Assembly: GCA_002269645.1 (NCBI GenBank)
Contig: NIVC01001936.1
Span: forward strand, 151,194 to 215,193
From: Macrostomum lignano
Taxonomy: Eukaryota
Length of the DNA stretch: 64,000 nucleotides
Direction of reading: 5' to 3'
A program made the position numbers and the translations under genes. The notes under the pieces were generated by a model, which saw only the letters and a list, made by a program, of their open reading frames with translations, was not told the DNA's origin and ran no database searches. Shown one piece after another: positions 11,340 to 19,098 of the stretch (positions are counted from its first letter, which is position 1; every line of letters begins with the position of its first letter).

Positions 11340-13016
11340 ATGTCGTCGCCAACGACACCGACTGATTTGTATGGCGTGTTAGGCGTGGGTCGGACTGCTA
11401 ACTCTGCGGAGATTGAGGCAGCGTGTAGTCGTCTGTACTCAAAGCGGCCCCGCGTCTGTCCTGCCGAGGTAGAGTCTCCGGAGTCTCAGCGAGACGTGAT
11501 GGCGATGTGCGTTTTATCTGACCCAGTGTTTCGGGAAGTATACGATCGGGTTGGGGAGGCAGCGTGTCAAGGGGTGTTAAAGTTCGCCTACTTTTTCAAT
11601 CCTCCCCCTGACGTTGAGTTGCCCGAGCAGGTCAGGTTAGCTTTGGCTAGTCTTAAGGGAAGCGCCGCAGGGGAAGCTCCAGTTCACGCGGAGATCCCAG
11701 CCGAGTTATTGGCTCCGGCTGCGCTTGCTGAGTGTAGGCGGCTGAGGGGTGCGCTGCTGGCGCGGTTGAGGGCTGGGGATAGTGAAGGAGCTTGCCTGGT
11801 GGTTCAGGAGGTGGCGAGGTTTCTTGATGGGGCTGGTGTGAGTGTGCCTGAGCAGTTGTCTAGATTCTTAGCAGTGTCTGTGTCGTTTCTGTGCAATCAG
11901 TATGGGCGGAAGAGAGGTTCTGGTGGTGGCTCCGGGAGGTGTCGGAGGGTCCCGCCTTCGGTGCTGCAGGCGGCGTTTGAGTGCGTGTTGTTGGCTGTGC
12001 GGGGTTTTGAGCTGTGTGAGTTGGGGGGTCCCTTGTTGGGGAGGCTCCGGGGTCTGTCTCTCTTAGTGGATCCTGGCCTCGCGCGGCGCCCGGAGGAGGG
12101 GAGTGACGGGCCGCACCTTTCGCAGACTCCGCTGACGGCCCAGCGCGACTTGGCGACCGAAGAGTTAACGGGTGTCGACCCCGAGCAAGTACGACCGGCC
12201 GACACGGTCCAGGAGGTCTCCCCCCGTGACGACCCGAATCAGCGCAAGGTCAGCTCGGCTAAGCGTCTCGTCGATGCAAAGGCATACCTAACGAGGCTGG
12301 GCCGGTCGATTCAGCCCGAGGACCTTCGTGGCGTGCGTCGATGTCTAGCGGCTGTAAACTCGCCGTACTGCCTGCGTCTAGAATGTCCCGTGGTCCGACC
12401 ACTGCTGCAAGACCGACGGATCGTGTTCGCCCTGGGCCTGAAGGCCAGTGCTGCACCGTGGTGGCCATCGCTGCGAGACGATGTACGACGATTTCTAGCG
12501 GGTAGCTGGCCGCGTGTCGTGGCGGTCGGCGAAGTCGAGCTCAATTGGGACGCTGAGAGGTCGCAGCGCCAGGACCAGTTAACGGCGGCGATGGAGCAGT
12601 TCTTGCTTGCCAAGGAGTTCGGCCTGCCGGTTTTGTTCCGAGTTGAAGGCGGCGAACCTGCCTGGGCGGTCGCCCTAGGATTCCTCCGGCAGCCGGAGTT
12701 TCAAACGATGAGCGTCATGCTGGCCGAGGACCTGGACTTGCCGGAGGCCGTCGAGGCCGCGCTGGTGAGCAAGTGCCACGGGGTCTTCTTCGAGGTGTCC
12801 GCTCGGTGCCGAGGATCCCCGCGAGCGGTCCAACGGGCTAAGCGTCTCCCGCGGCAGCGCCTGCTAGTGACATCGGCCGCACCGTTTGGTGGAGACCCCA
12901 AGGACCCGACAGCCATCAAGTTCGTGCCGGAAGCCCTAGCGGACAGTGAATGTGATCGCAGGTACTGGACTCGACTGTTTGCGACCAACTGTAGTAGATT
13001 TTTTGGCCGATTGTAG
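11340..13016 (+). CDS. Accessory ORF3 (558 aa): J-domain-like N-terminus, helical linker, and TatD-like amidohydrolase fold (probably inactive)
   Basis: The N-terminus DLYGVLGV...EIEAA...VLSDPVFREVYDRVG matches the DnaJ pattern. The C-terminus LVDAKAYL...VVAVGEVELN...AKEFGLPVLF...RLPRQRLLVTSAAPF...NCSRFF matches the TatD pattern. The ORF is intronless and uninterrupted. Confidence 0.85.
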   Translation: MSSPTTPTDLYGVLGVGRTANSAEIEAACSRLYSKRPRVCPAEVESPESQRDVMAMCVLSDPVFREVYDRVGEAACQGVLKFAYFFNPPPDVELPEQVRLALASLKGSAAGEAPVHAEIPAELLAPAALAECRRLRGALLARLRAGDSEGACLVVQEVARFLDGAGVSVPEQLSRFLAVSVSFLCNQYGRKRGSGGGSGRCRRVPPSVLQAAFECVLLAVRGFELCELGGPLLGRLRGLSLLVDPGLARRPEEGSDGPHLSQTPLTAQRDLATEELTGVDPEQVRPADTVQEVSPRDDPNQRKVSSAKRLVDAKAYLTRLGRSIQPEDLRGVRRCLAAVNSPYCLRLECPVVRPLLQDRRIVFALGLKASAAPWWPSLRDDVRRFLAGSWPRVVAVGEVELNWDAERSQRQDQLTAAMEQFLLAKEFGLPVLFRVEGGEPAWAVALGFLRQPEFQTMSVMLAEDLDLPEAVEAALVSKCHGVFFEVSARCRGSPRAVQRAKRLPRQRLLVTSAAPFGGDPKDPTAIKFVPEALADSECDRRYWTRLFATNCSRFFGRL

Positions 13017-13244
13017 AGTAGAATTGCGTTCTTAAGCCCGTTTTCAATTTTTGCGTACGCAATAGTTTGTGTCCCGTTTTCATTTTTTCGTTTTTGTTTT
13101 TTGTAATGCCGGCGATATCCACGCGTCGCGTCAAAGTTTTTCTGTTATTTTTCGGCCGTCGTTTTTTGAATTAACTTTTTTTCAGACTTGCTTGTTCATG
13201 CGTTGCTTTTTGCTTGACATCCCCTTTCTCCTCTTCTTTTTCGT

Positions 13245-13256
13245 GGAGGGGGAGGA
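13245..13256 (+). promoter_or_regulatory. Polypurine tract
   Basis: GGAGGGGGAGGA abuts the TG start of the 3' LTR. Confidence 0.9.
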
Positions 13257-13982
13257 TGTTGGGCTGCGCCCTTCCAGTGTGTATGTACTCGTACTTTTGT
13301 TTTCAGTTTTCATGCCACCCCGCCCCGTCCCCCGTCTCGCGCCCGGGCCAGGGTTTGTGAGAGGCGTAAGTCTCAACCCTGGCCTAGCCCTTTGCACCCA
13401 GCCCCCGGCCCAATCTCTGTCCAATCTGGGTGCCCCCCCCTCCCTCGTTGCCCGCCTCACCCTGGGGCTGCTCGTATTGGCTGGCTGGCTGATAAGCCGG
13501 CTGGGCCCCAGGGTTTGGCTCGCCGTCTCCATTCTGCCCCACCCCTCCCCCTTTTTTGTGTATTATTTAAATGCTAGCCCTGAGCGGGCTGCGCTCCACG
13601 TGGCTCTCTATTGGTGTCCGCTTCGTTCTTACTGTTTTTGCGTTCATCGGCGTACCTCTGCTTCGTGCCAATAAACGCTTCGTTAGTAACTCGATATATC
13701 AAGGAGAGGTGAGCTCGAGCTTTCGTTCTTCTGGGTTGCCGCGTGGGGCCGGGATCTGCAGGGACCTGGGAACGGTGAACTCTCGCCGATCCCAGGGTGT
13801 TCGGTCAGGCGAACTCTCGCCGAACCGAGCGAGACAGGGTAGGAATAGCCGGGGTGAGGGCTGGGACAGGGGTGTCTCAGGCGGGGAGGGAATAGCCGGG
13901 GTGAGGGCTGGGACAGGGGTGTCTCAGGCGGGGAGGGCCCGAACCTTGACCCGTCCAGCGGCCATTAGGCCGAGACACAACA
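13257..13982 (+). repeat. 3' LTR (726 bp), also serving as 5' LTR of the tandem truncated copy
   Basis: Homologous to 5323-6016, with an internal duplication of about 46 bp near 13850-13935. Confidence 0.95.
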
Positions 13983-14029
13983 AGTCTCGGCCTGTTGTTT
14001 GCTTCGGTTGTCTCTGTGCTTTTGTAGCC

Positions 14030-14848
14030 ATGGCCAATTTAGACGATCTGATTGACGCCCTGACGGCGCGTCTGCAAAACGAACTTAATGTGGCACAGCG
14101 GGTGCCGAGGCCAAATAAGTACGTGCCCACACAGGACTTTGCCCTTTGGATGCAACAATTCACAGGGTATTGTGAGGCGGCTCATATTCTAGGGGATCAG
14201 CGCAAGCAGGCGCTGCTCAGTCTGCTTGACTTTAATACTGCTTTTAAGGCTGTTGCGAATCTTGAGTTGGCCGATGATTTGCCGTATAATGAGTTTGTTG
14301 AGCAGCTAGAAGCTAGGTTTGATGAGAATAGGACTGCTCAAGATTACAAGACCGAGTTCCAGAGTAGGAATCAGAAAGATGGCGAGCCCATTGAAGAATA
14401 TGCAGACGTGCTCAAGGAGCTTATGAGAAAATCGTACCCAATGCTGCCAGCGGCCCAGCGAGAAGAGTTGGTGAAAGACAGGTTTTTGAAGGGGATTCGG
14501 GTGCCAGCCCGGGTGCTGGAGAGCGTGCTGCTGCAAGCGCCAGAGACGCTCCAGGACGCTATTAGGCGGGTGCGTCAAGTGAGGGCATCGTTGGCTCTGA
14601 TGGAGCCCGAGGGCAAGCGAGCTGTGCACATGGTGGGGGGTCAGGCCGCAGCGGCTGGCAACAGCCAGGAGTCCAGGGCAGCCGCCGAGATAGCAGCTCT
14701 GAAAGCGGAAGTGGCTCAGCTAAAAGCAAGTGCTGCAGCGCCCACTGCGCCGATGGCGACAGCAAGGTCTGAGCAGCCAAAAGTGAGCTTGCAGCATCGA
14801 GCCCCTGAGCAGAGTCAGCAGCAGAGGCAGTGTGGTCGAAATGAATGA
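14030..14848 (+). CDS. gag: Second gag copy truncated at the first zinc knuckle (272 aa, ends CGRNE*)
   Basis: Near-identical to 6141-6949; homology stops at 14838 and a TGA follows within 10 nt. Confidence 0.85.
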   Translation: MANLDDLIDALTARLQNELNVAQRVPRPNKYVPTQDFALWMQQFTGYCEAAHILGDQRKQALLSLLDFNTAFKAVANLELADDLPYNEFVEQLEARFDENRTAQDYKTEFQSRNQKDGEPIEEYADVLKELMRKSYPMLPAAQREELVKDRFLKGIRVPARVLESVLLQAPETLQDAIRRVRQVRASLALMEPEGKRAVHMVGGQAAAAGNSQESRAAAEIAALKAEVAQLKASAAAPTAPMATARSEQPKVSLQHRAPEQSQQQRQCGRNE

Positions 14849-15057
14849 AAAAAAACTTATAATTTCTAAAAATTTTCATTCCAAGCTGTAGAAAAGTAGC
14901 ATGCCTAAAAAATGATAATAAATTATTTTTAGCTGATTTTTTTGCTTCATGAAGGATGAAGGACTTCAAGGTTTTGGGGAATTTTGGCCTTTAGGCTTCA
15001 GTTTTTTCAGGATTTTAAACATTGTTTTCTATTAGTCTTTTCCACAGCGCCGACACC

Positions 15058-15192
15058 CCGTGAAGGGAGGCACTTGCAGAGCTGAAGGGAGGCAGTTGCA
15101 GAGCTGAAGAGAGACAGTTGCAGAGCTGAAGGGAGACAGGGAGGGTCGTAGACCGCCTCGATGCGCTCATTGCGGGGACACGGCTGAAGCGA
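15058..15192 (-). pseudogene. Fragment of an F-box/LRR terminal exon plus a few 22-bp repeats
   Basis: Encodes F.RVPRNERIEA, followed by the same CTGCAACTGCCTCCCTTCAGCT repeat that trails genes C and G. Confidence 0.7.
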
Positions 15193-15227
15193 AACAAGCA
15201 AATTTTTTTAGTTTTATAGCCAATCAG

Positions 15228-18166
15228 TCACTGTCCTTCAAGAGCTGTCGCCTCCGGCCTCCACAAGCGGCTGAGGTCCACCCTGTGCTCGAAGGCCGCC
15301 TCGATGCGCTCATCGCGGGGGACTCGCCTGAAGCCCTCCAGTTGGAGCTCAGTGAGCCACGGACAGCCGCTGGCGATGCTGGCGAGGGCGACGGCAGTCA
15401 GCTGGCTGCAGTCGGACAGGCTGAGCCGCCGCAGGCCCCTGGCGACCGGACTAGCGCACAGGTCGGCCACCGCCTCATCAGTGAGCACGGACTTCCTGCA
15501 GTAGATGGCCCAGAACTCGTACAGATCAGGCGTGGCAGCTTCGAAGCTCGGAAGGTTTCGCAGCTTCACCCAGGCCTGGCGGGTCAGGCAGCTGCAGTCA
15601 TGGAAGCGGAGGCAGCGCAGGCGGGGCAGCCGGGAGAGCAGAGCCGCCAGCAGGTCGTCGGTGCCCGCCAGCAGCTCAACATGGGCCAACGCTGCAGTTG
15701 AATGCAATTTATAGCAGCAGTCTGAGCATCTGGGAGAGCAGCAGTCTGAGCATCTGGGAGAGCAGCAGTCTGAGCATCTGGGAGAGCAGCAGTCTGAGCA
15801 TCTGGGAGAGCAGTAGTCTGAGCATCTGGGAGAGCAGCAGTCTGAGCATCTGGGAGAGCAGCAGTCTGAGCATCAATCCGGGTATCTACCAAACGAGCGG
15901 CAGGGTGAGCGGGACTCACCTGGACAGCCACTCAGAGTGTCAGACAATTGTAAGCTCCATGGAACATAAAATAATGATCCCGTGAGCTGCAGCCGCTGAA
16001 GCCCTGGTGGCAGCGGACAGCCCAGCTCAGCTCCGAAAAAGCACTGATTTCCGTGAATCAGCACTCGAAGGTCCGCAAGGCCGGCAGGCAGGCAGCGGAG
16101 GATCTGGCGGAGTTGCTCATCTGAGTCACGGTAAATCCCTAAATCGAGGCTCTCAAGCGAGGGCAGGCTGGGCAGCAGCCACAATACTACCTTCGTATTC
16201 CCGTTACGAAAGCTCAGGTGTCTCAGGCCGGGCACGGGCGCAGGGTGGCTATCGGGCCTGAGATCGAAGAATCCGTCCCAATCAGTCACTCGCAGCTCCG
16301 TCAGGTTCGGCGCGATGCTCAGCACGCGGGGCAACTCTAGAGGGCGGCGAGTTCAGCGAGGGCATTTAACGAAGGACCGCCGGCAGTCAAGCAGAAGCAG
16401 TTCAATAATTCTAAGGAAATTTATTTAAACCCAACTGTTGCTTGAAAATGCATCAACGGGCTTCAACCGTTTCCAATTTATCAGCTCAAAACTTGATATT
16501 TTTTACCGCCTGAGCTTCCGAAGATGAAGTGAAGCCAGTGTGGCTCGGGTCCCCAATGGTTTCACAAGTCCATCGGCCTGGATTCAGAATAAGCACTGAT
16601 ACAGAGGAGTGGCAAGCGCAAAGTCCTGCAATTGCCGTTCTTACAATCTTTTTAGTCGTCTTTAAAAGACATTTTTTGGACGAGTGACTCTAAAGGCGGG
16701 GGGCGGCCCGTGCTGTGAGATGGGGAATTGAGCAGCGCTGATGCATTCTAAGCAGCACCGGGGCTTCAAGCAGATTCCCATGCACGGGTGCCAGGTGAAT
16801 ATTTAAATAAGCCAAGTGAAAAAGGGGAAGGCACTGACGGTTGGCTGCCAACCGCACCGACAACACGGAGAGCCGGGGACACTCTGACAGATCATCAAGG
16901 AGCTCAGAAGCATCGAGGTTCGGCAGGTACAGCGCCGAGAGGCGGCCGACGAGCTTAACGAACAGCTGGCGCACCTCACGATCGCGCAGCCAGTGATGCA
17001 GGCCAATAACATCTGTAACGCAGTTAATTTCCAGCAGCGAGAGGCGCGGGCAGCCGTACAGCAGGCAGCTCAGCGAGGAGGCCGACAGCGCACTGCCGTA
17101 GCCGAGAAGGCGAAGCTCCTGCAGGTTGCGGCAGCAGCGGGAAGCCACGGTCACTGCAGTGTCTCCGTCAGTGTTCCGCAGGCTGAGGCAGGTGAGGCTG
17201 GCGGATGCAGCCAGAAGCAGTCGCAGCCGCAGAAGTGAGTCGGCTGTCGACCGCCGGCGCTTGGGAGTCAGATTTCCTGCCGAGATCTCCCGCACGCTGC
17301 CGCCCAGCCAGTCTCTGAGCCGCTCCATCAGCTCGGCATCTGCGGTGCGGCCGTCAATGCTAATTTTGCGCCACAGCCGCGGCTGCGTGGCGACCCGCCG
17401 CCAGCGCCTGCTCAGCTGAGCGCACCGGCCGAGGCTGGTCTGGTCCAGCTCGGACAGGATCTGCGTGAGCAGCTCCTCTGGCAGCTGCTCGATCAGACAG
17501 GGACTGCCAGGCTGCGGGAGTTTGGATTAGAAACAGAAGGGACAGCTCAGGATAATTCAGGACTGTCCCAGTCTCACCCACTGCCCCAGTCTCACACACT
17601 GCTCAGCCCAGATCCCACGTCAGGTCACAGCTCACACTCAGCCCAGATCCCACATCAGGTCACAGCTCACACTCAGCCCAGATCCCACATCAGGTCACAG
17701 CTCACACTCAGCCCAGATCCCACATCAGGTCACAGCTCACACTCAGCCTAGATCCCACATCAGGTCACAGCTCACACTCAGCCCAGATCCCACATCAGGT
17801 CGCAGCTCACACTCAGCCCAGATCCCACATCAGGTCGCAGCTCACACTCAGCCCAGATCCCACATCAGGTCACAGCTCACACTCAGCCTAGATCCCACAT
17901 CAGTTCGCAGCTCACACTCAGCCCAGATCCCACATCAGGTCCCAGCTCACACTCAGCCCAGATCCCACATCAGGTCGCAGCTCACACTCAGCCCAGATCC
18001 CACATCAGGTCGCAGCTCACACTCAGCCTAGATCCCACATCAGGTCACAGCTCACACTCAGCGTGGACTCCGAGGTCCCCCGCTCGTCTTCACCGGCCGC
18101 CTCAGCCGCCTCCAGCCGCAGAGACTTCGGCGCCGGACCCTCTTGACTCGCGCAGGCCTCCGCCAT
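15228..18166 (-). CDS. F-box/LRR (FBXL-like) gene A, 4 exons, 554 aa, apparently intact
   Basis: Exons 18166-18056, 17511-16839, 16336-15920 and 15691-15228; all GT-AG, phases 0/1/1, total 1665 nt. F-box EQLPEELLTQILSELD...RRWRR followed by cysteine-containing LRRs. Confidence 0.85.
15715..15872. repeat. 24-bp intronic minisatellite (GAGCATCTGGGAGAGCAGCAGTCT)n, about 6-7 copies
   Basis: Same unit as 24944-25395 and 42979-43617. Confidence 0.9.
17598..18060. repeat. 35-bp minisatellite containing the exon-1 donor of gene A
   Basis: Unit CTCACACTCAGCCCAGATCCCACATCAGGTCACAG, about 13 copies; each carries AGT|GTGAGC on the minus strand. Confidence 0.9.
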
Positions 18167-18491
18167 GGTGCGGCTGCAATGATGAAGCTGCTCTCCAGTC
18201 TCTGCGAGCTCAAAGCAGGAAATCAAAACAGTTCCGAGCTTTGCCTGCTCTGGGAATTAAAAATATGCAGAAACGCCAAGTCCGCGGGACCTTTGTTGCC
18301 TTCACAGGAGAATTCATTCAAGTTAGATTATTTTATTGATAAAAATTTAGCAAAATACTAGCAATCTTCGCCCCCCCCCCATCGGGGGACATCTGAATAG
18401 AATCTCTGTTCTCTATAAGTAACAAAAAGACAGACAAATAAAGCCTTTACAAAGACAACAGAAAAACTGCTCAAATGTAGTGCAATGCAAG

Positions 18492-18980
18492 AATTCATGA
18501 AGGCCTGAGTCTCCATGCCGTTCATCAGGCTCTCTATAATTCATCAAGGCCTGAGTCTCCATGCCGTTCATCAGGCTCTCTATAATTCATCAAGGCCTGA
18601 GTCTCCATGCCGTTCATCAGGCTCTCTAAAGTTCATGAAGGCCTGAGTCTCCATGCCGTTCATCAGGCTCTCTATAATTCATCAAGGCCTGAGTCTCCAT
18701 GCCGTTCATCAGGCTCTCTATAATTCAAGAAGGCCTGAGTCTCCATGCCGTTCATCAGGCTCCCTATAATTCATCAAGGCCTGAGTCTCCATGCCGTTCA
18801 TCAGGCTCTCTATAATTCATCAAGGCCTGAGTCTCCATGCCGTTCATCAGGCTCTCTATAATTCATCAAGGCCTGAGTCTCCATGCCGTTCATCAGGCTC
18901 TCTATAATTCATCAAGGCCTGAGTCTCCATGCCGTTCATCAGGCTCTCTACAATTCATCAAAGCCTGAGTCTCCATGCAC
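18492..18980. repeat. 46-bp minisatellite between genes B and A
   Basis: AGGCCTGAGTCTCCATGCCGTTCATCAGGCTCTCTATAATTCATCA, about 10 copies. Confidence 0.9.
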
Positions 18981-19098
18981 TGCCTACAAAAACAGAAGCA
19001 GAAAGACGCAGCCACAAGAAGGCAGATTTGCCAGAAGCAGCAGTGCATTCAGTTCATCTCAGCCAACTTATAAAAATATGTAAATGGACACACAAAAG

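Larger units (their letters stand above)
5323..13982 (+). mobile_element. Full-length Ty3/Gypsy LTR retrotransposon with accessory ORF3
   Basis: Two LTRs with TGTTG...CAACA termini, PBS, gag, pol in PR-RT-RH-IN order, an extra ORF and a PPT. Confidence 0.97.

Noticed and set aside
13571-14029. N-terminal extension making a 425-aa gag ORF
   Set aside because: Non-ATG start inside the LTR; the frame is open only because of the PBS deletion and LTR indels. The true ATG is at 14030.
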